Shown: positions 1 through 13,101 of the stretch, in pieces
How positions within the stretch are numbered: position 1 is the stretch's first letter
How the letters are laid out: the number at the start of each line of letters is the position of its first letter
DNA from: Cycas panzhihuaensis
Lineage: Eukaryota; Plantae; Cycadophyta
Length of the DNA stretch: 64,000 bases
Assembly: GCA_023213395.1 (NCBI GenBank)
Contig: CM041465.1
Span: 41,547,741 to 41,611,740 of the forward strand
Direction of reading: 5' to 3'
Position numbers and translations under genes: made by a program
Notes under the pieces: model-generated
What the model saw: only the letters and a program-made list of their open reading frames with translations
What the model was told of the DNA's origin: nothing
Databases searched by the model: none

Positions 1-2211
1 CCATTAGGGACTTTCTCACCCAGTGATGATCAACTTATAAGGATAAATAGCTTAGGGATGCCTACATATTATTCTAGGGGATTCTCATGGTTAATTATGA
101 ACATAGATAAATAAGAAGGCACTCTCAACCTAAAGTGTGATAGCAAGTTAACACCTTTGTTGTTTAGAATACAACTAAAAATTAATAATCCCAAGGGAGT
201 GGAGGTTTGTATGCTAGGGATGCTAGACCCTAATTTATCAAACAACCTTTTATGAGAGAAGTATTTATTCCTAAGAATATGATGAGGTTTATATATTAGG
301 GATGTTAGGTCATAGTAAATCAATCAAATCCTAATTTGGAGGAATAGAGCCTAGCCTAGGGGACCAAAAATATATAAATAGCAAGAAATCTTAGATTCAT
401 AACTATTATGTTGTTTTGATATTACATGCAAATAATCAAACCAAAAAGAAAACTATTCAAACAATCACTCAAGATGAAGCTATCTTGGCCTAATGCAATG
501 CTAATAAATACAAATATGCTTCTATTCCTTTTTGTTATTTTTTCTTTAGATTATTTTTTGAAAATAAATAAACTGAAGAAATCTTAATACACCTAAAGAG
601 ATAGGGGGGAGTTCTTTTATTCACTTATATTTATCTTAATTACTCTTTCTAATTCCCCCTTTTTTTTAACAAAAGAAAAGGTAGTTCACCCTAGCAAATA
701 TTTAAATCCAACTAAATGATAAAGCTTATATTTATCTTTTATTTTAACTTTTTCTTTAAAAAAAGATGGACCAGACAAATCAAAAGCAATAAATAGGAAG
801 GAGTAGACTAACTTGGTGGTAAAAAGTTGTAATGATTTTCAAATATTAATTTGATCACCATAGTATGGCTCCAATCAAAGAGAAATGGTTATTCTAGCTA
901 CCATAAGAGTTAGGATCTAAACAAAGATAAGATCACACCATAAACTAACTCCTTACAAGTATAACAAATCTTTAAACCCTAGCAAGCACTTCATACAATA
1001 GCAAGTCTATACACTAATAAAGGGTAAAGACATAAGTAGGGAAACTTTTACAAGAAATAATTAAGGAAATCCTTACTATAATTTCCTCTTTCATTCCCTT
1101 TTTTAAAGTAACTATCTAAATTAAAAATAAAAAATTTTAAAGGCAAACCAACTTACCTAATACAAGATCACCCATTTAAAGAGAAGAGAAGATATTACCT
1201 TAGAGACATGTCCTTGCTTCTCCAATGCCTCTAAATCAAGATTTTAAATTGGTTGAAGTAGGAAAAGCAATAAGAGAAAGAGGAAAAAAAGACATGACTT
1301 GGAAAAAGAGGAAGGAAAATGAAGGAGAGTAGAATCTTAAGGAGAAAAAAAGGATTAAGAGAACTCAATTCAACTTCAAGACCCAAAATACTCCAAGGAA
1401 GGCTTAAGATTTAACTCCAAAAAGTCCTTAGGCAATTATAAGTAAGAGTTTACAAGAGTGGATGCTTCATTACATAAAAGATTCTTCTTCATCTTATGAA
1501 AGAATGAAGGTAATTTATAGGAAAGAAGGCAAAAATAATGAGAGGGCTAAGTTGTGGTTCTTAATAATTCAATATCTGTATTATGGCAAATAATGGAAAT
1601 CCATTATTATTTATTTTTTATGGGAAAAAGATGAAAAATATAACCAATGATGAAAACATTACTAGCGGTGAAAAATATGACCAACAAATAAAAAATGTGA
1701 CCAAAACATACTAAAAATATGATAAAAATAAAGCTCACATTTTAGTTATATGAAGATCGCTTTCTATAAAGAAGGCTACATTTTTAGGTGATACAAAAAA
1801 TATGACCTTAATTTAAAAATATGATCTTTAATAAGAGGTTGAAGAAGTTATCTTTTCCAAAAAATCTCAAAAAAATTCAAAAGGAAAGCTATTATAGAGT
1901 GATGTTCCACTTTAACAAAGGGTTGGTCGAGTCATAAAATCATTTTTTAAAGAAAAAGATAGATTATTAAATTTTAAAAGGGTGGTTAACAAAACTAATT
2001 AAGGTAATTGGAGTAAGCATGAAATGATGGATACTTTTGTGATCTTTTCATTATTGGTAGTATAATTTAATCATATGAATAATTAATATGAATTTATCTA
2101 TCCATGATGCTAAGTAGCTACTAAACTATAATGCAATTAAATAGTGGAACCCTAAAAATATAAAGTATGAGACCTAGCCGATATTAAAAGAGGGCATAGT
2201 TAGTTGAAACA
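1..2211 (-). mobile_element. LTR of the Tat-like family A (third copy, continues past the window start)
   Basis: 1-280 aligns to 28873-29155 and ~285-2211 aligns to 54010-56220 and 16004-17639. All three copies end in ...AGTTGAAACA, which is TGTTTCAAC at the LTR start on the minus strand. Confidence 0.85.
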
Positions 2212-3990
2212 TCAACCACTTTAAAAATGATGAGGAAATCTTAGAATATTTAGTAAGAGCTTCTCCCATCTTCTTATATAACCATCAAAAGCTAGGCTTC
2301 CCTAAATATATTTATCCTAACTCACACTTAGCAAGTGTAAATCAAGACTTTCATACTTCTTCTTCTCTACTAGATATTATAGCTCCTCATTTCAAGTATG
2401 AAAATACCATGCTAGTAGGGGAGACCATAGATATTAACCTCAAAATTAACAACCATCCTAGAGGAATTAAAGTGGGAGTGATTGCTCACCCTTTGAGGTT
2501 TAACAACTTAAGGAAGTCTTTAATGAGTTCTTTATAATCTTCGCATGGGACTATAATGACATGAAGGGTTTATACCCTAATGTCATATTCCACAATATCA
2601 CTACCATTCTTAAGCCTATCCTAAGCAACAAAAGTAGAGACCCATTTAGCCTTAACTTTCCATATCATTCAAGCAAGAAGTTGAAAAGTTATTAAAAGTT
2701 GATTTATTAAGATAGTAGATTATTTTTAATGGAAATTAAACATCATTCTTGTTACAAAAATAAATGGTTCTATTTGTATTTGTATTGATCCTTTTGATAT
2801 TAGTAATCCATGTCTTAAGGACAATTTTTTATTGTTCTTTCTTAACTAGATTTGGGATCAAATTGGAGGCTTTGAAGAGATGTCCCTTATAAATAGTTTT
2901 TCAAGATATAATCAAATTCTCATCTCACTTAAGGATTATCATAAAATGGAACTCTTTATGATATAGGATACATTTTCTTATAAGGTCATATAATTTGGAT
3001 TGAAAAATGATGGTGCTACCTATAAATAGGCTATGGTTTTTATCTCCTATGACTTGGTTAACATTGCAATCGTTGTCTACATCAATGACATGTTAGGGTT
3101 GTCACAATATTGAAAACATCACATTCATAATCTAAGAACTATTTTTAAAGGATGTCATAAGTATTGATTGTGCCTTAACCCTAATAAGTATATGTGTATA
3201 TATTTATTACCACCATTAGTAAGATGCTCAAAAATATTATTTCAAGAAATGGCATCTCAGTAGACCCCAACAAAGTCAAGGCCATAGTTGAAATACCCCC
3301 ACTATGTAATAAAAGATAAATTAATTTGTTTCTTAGAATCCTTAGGTTCCTCTGAAGATTCATTACTTATTTCAATTTAAATATGAATCCCCTTATAAAA
3401 TTCCTTAAAAAGAGGGTTTCTCTCAAATAAATGCTAGTTGTCTAAGGTTCATTTAATAAACTTAAGTAACCATTAGTTTCTAATATGATTCTCACTTAGC
3501 CTACTTTTGATAAACCTTTCATCCTATATAAAACTTCCACTAAGGAATCCCTCAAGGGTATGCTTACCTAAGAAGGTGAATTTAGGCCTAGGTGAGCTAT
3601 CTACTTTATTAGTCATACATTAATGGCTATAAAGATAAATTGTTTATCATCTAAAAAGGAGTGATTAGCCTTAGTCTTTATAATTTAGAAATTACAACAT
3701 TATTTTCTTGGTAACACCATACATGTCATTATGCAATTAGACCTCATTCATCTCTTTCTTACCAAAGCTGATCTTACTAGGTGAGTAGGAAAATGGGCCT
3801 TACTTCTCCAAGAATTTGATTTACAAATCATCAATCAAAAGTCAAAGAAATGTATAATTATTATTAAATAGCTCATTACATCATCCATTCCCAACATGGA
3901 TGATGATATTATTAATGATGTACTCCTAGACAAGCATATATTTTAGGTAAATATTGTCCCAAATGAAAATGAATCACTCTAGTATAAGGA
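2212..3990 (+). pseudogene. Element Z: degenerate Ty3/gypsy Tat-type pol fragment (linker, RT, RNase H), cut just before integrase
   Basis: Manual translation gives KINGSICICID, PCLKDNF, FSRYNQI, FGLKNDGATY, VVYINDML, KLQHYFLG, GKWALLLQEFDL and *YKDII, with many stops and frameshifts. Collinear with the pol of element A (24600 down to 22850). Confidence 0.88.
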
Positions 3991-5561
3991 TATTATAAGA
4001 ATTCAAAATTTCACTCTAATACTATACTGAAATATACTCATAATATACAATAAAAGTATATCAATCATGTATAATAAATTAATCATGCTATGAGGAATAT
4101 ATATAAATCATATATTATAAGATTAACATATAAAATAATATCATAAAATATAAACTATAAATATAACAATGCATGCACTACAAAAGATAATAGATTTATA
4201 CATGGAAAACCCAATATGGAAAAAACCACCAAAGAAGGTTAGAATTGGAAGCTCCTTTTTAATGATACCAAATTATTACATCTCCTTTCTTAAGTTTTTG
4301 AGTAGTGTGTGTATATATTTATAGAGTATGTCACCTCATGAATAACCTATTATATCTCTTCAATTATTTCATTATCTAATAGGATGTATATATGAATAGT
4401 CATGCATATCACACTTATCAATGCTCTTAATAAGTGAAATTTTATATGGGTCTACTTTATCATATTAAACATTATATATGTGATGATATCACATATTCTA
4501 ATACTTCCCATTAATGTTTAATATCTCTAATTTGTAATATTCAAATCTTCATCCTTGATCTTCATTATCTTCATATTTTTTCTATATATTGGAATTTATA
4601 AAGCTATAACTTATATCAAATTAAATTAAGGTGTATCACCTATAACCTATAAATTTATTAACATCATGCTTATTTCTTGTAAGAAATTAACCTATAAAAC
4701 TTGTAGTCATCTATGATTATCAGTGACCAACTATGAGCATCTATCTACGAAATACCTATAAACTAATCATCAATTAACCATCAACAATCTTAATTTTATG
4801 GCTTTTACTTGTCATGTTTATATGAAGTTTTCTCCTCAACTTCATATAGTTACCTATAAAGCTATTATAAATGTTAATACTATTAATTTTTCATCCTAAT
4901 AATCTTATGAATAAAATGATTACTGACATGTATATGAGTAAATAATAACCATAATAACCAACATATTACTGAAATATATATAAGTAAATAATAACCATCC
5001 TAACTCTTGTATATGAGTAAACAACTTGTGTTCTACCTCACTCAATACCTCTACATGTATTTATAGCTTTCTTTTGGTAACCATTAACCTCATCAACATC
5101 AACAAATCAATAAATTAAACATACTAGTTCTAGGAACAAGGTATAACACTTGGCTAGGTCAAGTTAGTTGTAATAAGGTAATGTAAATAGCGTATTCCCA
5201 TGCCTCTTATCATGTATGCCAAGTTAGATTCTCACTCATAAACACATATCTAATATCAGTTAGATAACCTCAACATATAAATTTGGTGTATTAAGTAAAT
5301 AATATATGAGAATTCTCCATGTTTTATAAATAGATGGAAAATTATATCATCACCTCAACTTTCTAATATCATCTACAAATAAACTGGGCCCTTCATTAAT
5401 AAATCTAGTGGTGTCATCAATTATCATTTATTCATTCAAACAAGTATCTAATAAAGATCATTAAATTTAACTAGTTTTATATACCCACTATATGATATGT
5501 GTCAAATACCAAGGGGTGTTTTCATATGTCTAACATATATCAAGATTCCCATATCAAATAA
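3991..5561 (-). mobile_element. Element E: copia-like (probably non-autonomous) 3' LTR (~3991-4503), PPT and internal sequence; resumes at 12556-12564 and probably 56226 onward
   Basis: Copia-LTR-like motif TTTATACATGGAAAACCC...GGAAAAAACCACC at 4195-4230. LTR end ...ATTCTAATA at 4503 is followed by the PPT complement CTTCCCATTAATGTTTA, matching the PPT/LTR junction of D in reverse. No second LTR found; the left boundary is approximate. Confidence 0.55.
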
Positions 5562-5947
5562 TGTTATGATACCAACCAGTGATTTTTACTCCAAAGGAGT
5601 GATAAAAGATCATAAATAGATCTTTTATTATAGTAGCATCTTAGATTTATATTTAGAATATGAAAGGATATAAGAAAAGTCAAAGAACACCAAAAGATAG
5701 GTTATATGTAAGTATAATCTTACAATAAGAGATTATAACATAAGAGATTTTTTCTACAAATGTATGGCCTTAAGTAGACAAAAGTGACCAATTTTCCCTA
5801 GCATCTTATTAGTGGACCATGTAGTCTTTAATCTCATTGGTGGAGATATATAGCCTATGCACACATTGATAATTGATATTAACCTTTACCACTTTAACCA
5901 TATGTTTGGATATTTATATGTCACTAACCTTGGGAGGTTACTTAAGA
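5562..5947 (-). repeat. 3' LTR of G
   Basis: Direct repeat of 12166-12550. Confidence 0.9.
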
Positions 5948-5959
5948 TGTCCACTATCT

Positions 5960-8900
5960 AAGATGTTAAATCTTTAAAATGTTGTAGATGTGGATGTTTC
6001 TTGATGAAGTCTTCTAATTCCCATATAGCTTCCTCAAGTTAGTGAGTATTTAAAATACATATAGGGAAAATTATAATGATCTCTTATTCTAGAAAGGTAA
6101 GAAGTGCTATTTGGGAGGTGATAGACTTCCCCTAGTATTTTTTTATATAGGAAACATGAAAAATGTTATGGATTTTAGTGTTAGAGGGGAGGTCAAGGGT
6201 ATAAGTGATTATGCTAATTTGCTAAATGATTTTATAAGGGTCATAATATTGAGGACTTAGTATATGGGATTTATTATGGCAAAGAGAGTGTTGTTTATAA
6301 GGCTAAAGGTGAAGGAAACTAAGTCATCCACTTTAAAAGATTGATTAGAGTAGTGGTGATTTAGTTGTTTCATTTAGTTTTATGTAGAGGTCAAGTTTTG
6401 CTTAAGGGTATATAGGATTTGATCCATATCCTATACAATTTATTGTACCTTAATAGTATAGAGATTAGTGTCCAAGTCATGATAGGATGGTGAGGGGTAA
6501 CCATAGAGGGACATGAATGTAATCATTCTAATTATAAGTTGATGAGAAAAATTATATGAGTGTTCTACTAAGGCTAGCCATAAAGTCCAATATCTTTGGT
6601 GTTCTAAAGAAAAATAATATAGGCATGTTTCTAAGATTTTTGTTAATAATTTTAGATTTTCCATCCATTTAAGGGTAATAGGATGAGCTCATATTGAAGG
6701 ATGCTTATAATATGAAAAATAGCTCTTACCAAAATATGTTCATAGATTTGGAATCTCTATTAGATACAATTATTTATGGAAATCCATGAAGGCAAAAGAT
6801 GAATTAGATATAAAGGTTAGCCAAATTGGGGGGTTTATAAGTAGTATGGATAGGTATAAGTAGGGCATATTTATTTAAGTGATCCATGATTACCTAAATA
6901 TAATTAAACCTAGTTAATAATGAGAGTCTAATGATAAAGTCCATGGAAATGGCTTGCCATTTACCCAAGGGGCTTTTAGAGGCTAAACTAGGATAGGTTG
7001 GGCCTTAGTACCCACCTTATTACATTGACATATATCACATTTAGATATATATATATAAGGGTGATAAACTTTATATGGGTCCAATATAAATATGACCAAA
7101 TTCAATGATAGGTTTTATCAAATTATGAGTGACCACCAAGGGGAGTATTGTGATACTCAAATAGGATGTAGGAAATAAATGGTAAGGATGGGTGGACAAA
7201 AATGTGATTTTGATAAAGAATGTGATTATTATGTAAGCTCTAATCTTTATAATTTTGAGCCTTATTATCCTAGGTGGTAAAGTCAAGTTAGGCTTTGTTG
7301 TCCTCAAATAGGTTTTAGAGCTAGGAAGGTTGGGGTGTAGAGATGGACTAAATATGGTAGGTTCAGATGGAAGTCAAGAGAGAGGATCTATAATAATATT
7401 ATCCATATCCCTTTTATAAGAGATGGTAAAGTCAAAGACTTATAATATATCAACCCATTTGACTTGCTCTTTAGATAAAACCAGTTGGTCCAATAAGTGA
7501 TGGAGAATATGGTGGTTAATCAAAATGGTAAACTTAGAGCAAAGCAAATATTAGTTCCACTTATCTATTATATACATAATATCCCTCATTTCTTTTTAAT
7601 AAGCAGATAGTTTGCACTCATGCTTTTCGATCTTATGACTTTCAAATATAATGGGGTGAAAATTCTATATGAGGATAACCCATAGCCCCACACATGATGC
7701 ATCATATTTTAATTAGAAAGGCTAGGAAAAGTCAGGAGTAGAGAGGGCTAGTGCAGTTGACATGAAGGCATCATTAGCACTTAGTGGCCATTAAAAGGAG
7801 TCCTTATAGAGCAACTTCATTAAGGGAGCTACTATGTAAGCATAATTTTTAATGAAGAAATGATAAATACTACTTAGTTTAAGGGAGGCCTATAGTTAGG
7901 TGAGGTTCTTTAGCGTGGGCCACTGGATGATGACCATTATTTTATCTAAGTCAACTCATACTCTTATTGTATAAATGATGTGACCTAAGTACTATAATTT
8001 AGTTTTTCCAAATTAATATTTTGACATTTTCATATATAATTAGTTTTGAGAAAAGATCTGGAGGGAAGGTTCCAAATGTTAGGGATGTAGAGACATGATG
8101 ATGATATAAATTAATATGTTACCAAAGAAGCCAATAATAAACTTTCAAATATAAGGGGCAAAAATTTTATTCATAAGGGCTTTGAAGGTGGATAGATCAT
8201 TATAGAACCTAAATGGCATTACCTAAACTTTAAAGTGGCTATGATGGATTCAAAAGGTCATTTTGTGTTTATCCTTGAGGGCTATTAGTATTTAATAATA
8301 TCTAGATTGCAAGTATAATTTAGAAAATGTTATAGCCCCATATATTGCATCTAATATATAATCAATTTGGGGAGTGGAGAACTTATTCTTAATAGTTAGT
8401 TTGTTGAATTCTCTTGACATTTACCATCACACCAAAATCTCAAGGTATTAGTAGAGAGGGAGCTGAAGCCTTAAGAAGGCCTAGGAATAAGTACACACCA
8501 ACCCACCCATGTATTAGAGAGTCAAGTTTAGAAACACCTAAGAAGGGGCTAGGATACTACAAAACCCACCCACAAACTAAACTCAAACCATGGACCCCCA
8601 CTCTGATACCACTTAGCATTTACCATCACACCAAAACCTTAAGATATTAGTGGAGAAGGAGCCATTTCCTTAAGAAGGATCAAGAATAAGTCCATGTCCA
8701 CCCACCCATAAATCAAAGAGTTGAGTTCAGAACAACCTAAGAGGAAGCTACGATACTCCAACAAATTCCTTATAATCAATATAATGTTGAAAAGAACCAT
8801 CTATTTTTTGAACTAGTATAATGGGGGCTATATAATGGATTTTACTAAGTTATATTATCCCTATATTTATAAGTTTGTTACTGATGCACTCAATTTTATT

Positions 8901-10500
8901 CTTTTGAAAGTGAGAATTCTAATATAGACATAAGTTGATGGGGTTATAAGGGTTTTAAATTCTATGGTATGGTAAGATCTATAATCTAGGGGAGGGCCAC
9001 TAGGTAAGGTGGTAATAATAAATTAGTATTTAATAAGAATAGATTAGATATCAGGGTGAAATTTAGGCTACAATTAAATGTTGTTAAGGTAAATAATATA
9101 GATAATGCTATTGTTAAACTTCTTACTCATTTTCTTGGGAGAAATGAACTTTTCTAGTGGTGATTAGAGATCGTAAAGTTTACAAGTTTAGCCATAGTGG
9201 CCTTTAAACATTATAAATGGATTCTTTAGAGAGTTATTAGTACTATATATGCCTAATATTTATAGTTATTAGACTCTTAAGATGGTGTTTTATCCCCCAA
9301 TACATAAGGCATAAAAATCTAACCTGAGTTAATAAGTACTAATTTGAACTTAGAGGTTTTAAATAACACCTACATAATGAAGGGTGTAGCAGCCTAGTAA
9401 AGAATAATTAAACCCTATTTTTAACTTAATGTATATGTTTAATTATTTAGCTACTATAATATTAATAAAGTTTAATAACTACCACTATCAATCAAAATTA
9501 TAATGGGGGTTTTCATTAACATCCCTCTTATTCAAAATGGGTTAGGGCAAGCAGAAGAAGAAATAGTGGATAGGGATGTTTTAGGTTCAAGTTCAAGAGT
9601 CAAGGAGGGTTCCAAAGGTTTATCATCTTTGATTTCATCTTTGTAATTAGAATTAAGGTTAATGATGAATATGACTCTTTTAGCTTTACATGCATGACCA
9701 TGCCCGAGGACCCACTTTTTTATACACTAAGAATATAGACTAGCTTCTTTATGCTTGTGAACCTCAGATGTGGGTATTTATATATGTATTGATGGATGTT
9801 CTATTACTAGTCTTTTAGTTGGACAATCTACTAATTATCATTATTGTTCCTCTACTTAAAGCCTTAAAGGTCTATATGGATTTGTAGCCCTTTGGCAACT
9901 AAACCATAAAGAGTTTTCTATAAACCTAAATACTTGCTCTATTGCAAATTTAACTTTAATGGACTTATTTGATTTGATAACACCTTAAAGTCTAAGAGGT
10001 TGGTTGGTCTTTAACCTCATTAGATTTATTCTTTGAGACTAGCTATATAAGTTTTAATCAATGTCTATTTTTTAGGTTCTAGATAACTCGATTACAAATG
10101 GACTAGAACTCATTTATATAAGCTTCAACTGATGTTATTTGTCTTAACCACATCAATTGATTGAAAATTTATTGGTTTCATGTCTCCTCATATTGCTCGA
10201 AGAAGAATTTTCAGAATTAATCCTATGTTTGATTTAATGGATACTCGCAGATCTACTATTTATACTAGTGGTGAGCTTTGTCTTCTAAGTTGATGGAGGT
10301 AAATGTTAGTCAATTAACTTTGAGCATATGATTAAGTATAAAATATGAATCTAATTTATTAATCTAACTACGAGTTACATCCTTATTTAGATTTGTATCA
10401 AAGATTGATATATTGATATCATGATTGAGTGGTTATCATAGAGACTAATGAGGTGGAGATACACCTTGCAAAGTTCTACCTTATGAGGTATTGGTGGAGT
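5960..10500 (-). pseudogene. gag-PR-RT-RH-INT-chromodomain pseudogene of G
   Basis: Motifs listed under G. ORF-track fragment 6440-6664 (LETCLYYF...WTLWLALVEHSYN...SLYGYPSP) is integrase core. Confidence 0.85.
8412..8763 (-). mobile_element. TRIM (terminal-repeat retrotransposon in miniature) inserted in the RT of G
   Basis: Two ~153-bp direct repeats (8412-8564, 8611-8763) around a 46-bp core with PBS-Met (CTCTGATACCA, 8601-8611) and a PPT-like tract. Perfect TSD AATTC (8407-8411 / 8764-8768). Removing it restores the RT frame IDYKEFNKLTIKNKF. Confidence 0.92.
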
Positions 10501-12151
10501 TGGAGTTAGATGTAGAGATAACATTAGAGAGTTGATTATACATAATTGTAACCTATTGAGTAAGGTTTACAAAGTCTATTGATAGATTAGTTGTATCATA
10601 TTTGTGTATGTCCTACATAGAGAGGAACTAAGTTTCCAAAGTGGAAAGGTGTTTAGAGTAATTTAGTGGTGCCATCATTGAAGAAATATAGAAGGGGTTT
10701 TGATGAAGTGGGATCTAGTTAGAAAAAATAAATATAAGAAATAGGGGAGACAAGTAGGATGGGTATCAAAGGAGTGGTGATATATAAAAGGAATAGAGAG
10801 GGGAAAGAAGGGCAGAGTGCAAGGGTTTTTATAGTTTGTTGGTCCTTAAAACTAAGTAAGAAAATCACCAAGTGCACTTGAACAAGCTCAACGAACTCAT
10901 CAAGATGATATAAGTAGGAAGTAAGCAAAAAAATGAGGCCTATGGGCCCCATGGGATGCTTGTAGGATAAATTTCTCAAAATTTGAGAATTGAAAATGAC
11001 CTAGTGGACTCTATTTAGTGTGAAATAAGATGCATAAATTATTATAGTATTTATTTATTTATTTGGTAATGAGTCTAATGGCATAGGTCTTATTTAAATC
11101 TGATATGTATTTACAAATTTATGACTCTTTTTTTTTTTTTTAATGGACTAAATAAGGGATTAAACTCAATTGGGTTGGACTAGGTTTAGGTGACTATGAT
11201 GTGGATGGAATATGATACAAATGATGTTAAAAGTTTGAATAAGAACTCTAATGTTAAGTATCTAGTTACTGATTATACTAAAATTTTCTTGAGTGCTAAA
11301 CTATATAAATCTGCACGTGCTTTAATTTGATAATTGTGTTGCTTTTCATGGAATCACTTTATTGAATATGATGGTGTTTGTATAGAGTGTTGTTATTAAT
11401 TTACTTAATAATAAGTTATAATTACAAATTTATGGTAGTCCTCAGTTGTATTAATAGAAGTATAACAAACTCAAGATGTTTGCATGGAAGGCTTATATAA
11501 TAATCAATATGCAGTTAATGGGAGAACCTACCAAACTCTAATAAAGGAGTGTTTGACTCTATAGGCCCTACAATAAACTTTCTTATCATTACTATAAATT
11601 AACCCAATATCTTAGGGAATTATCTATACAGGAAAAATTATCCTCGTAATCTCTATAATTATGTTGGGATGTTTGTATAGACTAGATTTTAGGCACTAAC
11701 CACTAACTCGTGCACCATAAAAGGGATAAATGGTTGACTATTTTCCTATTCTAAGTTGGTGGGGGAGCCTATAGAGGTCCTTTTATATACTTTATGGTCC
11801 ATGGAGATATAAGTCTATAATTAGGTTATGTTTGAAGCCTAGGTAATGGTGTAATTCACACCTCACCTCACACAGTAGCATATACCTAACTATGCTTAGC
11901 CAATAATGACAAATCCCTATGATATTTATAGGCACCTAGTATAGGGTCTTTACCTAAATACTAGAGGAGGGAAGGATAGGACTTATTGATTTAGAGTGAA
12001 TTTCCCCCTTGAAGTTGACTTGTGTAAATACTAGAACTAAATAAAATTTAAAAAATAAAAATTACTTGTAATTGAGAGTTTGGAAATTCATCGAGGAAAA
12101 AAATTTTCCTTTTCATGACTATTAAATCTTCCTACTATATCTTTGTGACTC

Positions 12152-12163
12152 ACTTTGATACCA
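12152..12163 (-). promoter_or_regulatory. Primer-binding site (tRNA-iMet) of G
   Basis: Reverse complement TGGTATCAAAGT, 2 nt from the 5' LTR. Confidence 0.85.
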
Positions 12164-12165
12164 CT

Positions 12166-12550
12166 TATTACAATCCCAACCAATAATTTTTACACTAAGG
12201 GGATGATAAAAGAGTACAAATAGATCTTTTATTATTGTAATATCTTAGATTTATATTCATAATATAAAAGGACACAAGAAAGCTTAAATAATATCAAAGA
12301 GAAGTTGTACACAAGTATAATCTTACAATAAGAGATTATGACATAAGAGATATCTTTATAAAAGTATGGTCTTAAGTAGATAAAATTGGTCTTTTTTTCT
12401 AGCATTCTATTTGTGGACCATGCAACTTTTAATCTTATTAGTGGAGATATATAGCTTACATACATATATTGATAATTAACATTAACTTTTACCACCTTAA
12501 CCATGTAGTTAGATGCTTATATATTGCTAACATTAGGAGGTTACTTAACA
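12166..12550 (-). repeat. 5' LTR of G
   Basis: Direct repeat of 5562-5947, adjacent to the PBS. Confidence 0.9.
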
Positions 12551-13101
12551 AATAATATCCACATTGATTCCATGTACTTGATCTAAGTCACCTAAGAGGA
12601 TTCAACACCATTCGTATAAGGTGAATGTGAGAGGATGAGGGCTTAAGTGATGTGAGTCAAGGGAAACCCTCAACCCTTCTTTTAATGAGAAGCGATGGTT
12701 CCTTAAGGGTGTGCTAGACATATAGATATGAGTGATGAAGTGTTATTATAATTTACTAATTTTTATATTAGAATAAGAAATCAAAGAAAATCAAGAAAAA
12801 TAAAACATACCTAATCTAAGAAAATTAATCAATTAATCAAGTTAAATCAATCGATTAAATAAAAAAGGTCCCTCTTTTTATCAATGAAAAGAGCAAACAA
12901 CCTCCTAGTAAATAGGAGGGATATTGGGGAAACCTTACCCCGATTAAATGACTTAATGCTTCTCATTTATCTACCGTTTCTAAAGTTATTTTAGAGGGGA
13001 AAAGTCTTACCCTAGACCACTAGCCCACCCAAAAGGCCAAAAGCCTATATCATGTTAATCTAAAGAATGGGAGGATTAATGAGTATAAGGACCCAAAACA
13101 T

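Larger units (their letters stand above)
5562..12550 (-). mobile_element. Element G: full-length degenerate Ty3/gypsy chromovirus (Reina-like)
   Basis: LTRs at 5562-5947 and 12166-12550, TSD AATAA (5557-5561 / 12551-12555), PBS-Met at 12152-12163. Gag ~10000-10500, RT ~7900-8830 (APIILVQK, IDYKEF/EFNKLTIKNKF, MPF), RH, INT (ISMDFI) and a chromodomain-like end EEAIWELEDFIKKHPHL near 5985-6040. Confidence 0.9.

Noticed and set aside
8562-8611. TRIM as a Cassandra element
   Set aside because: No 5S rRNA-like A/C boxes recognised in the LTRs, and the PBS is Met-type.
11400-11950. Possible coding fragment in G's 5' leader
   Set aside because: Only a YRGPF-like word was seen, with no sustained frame.
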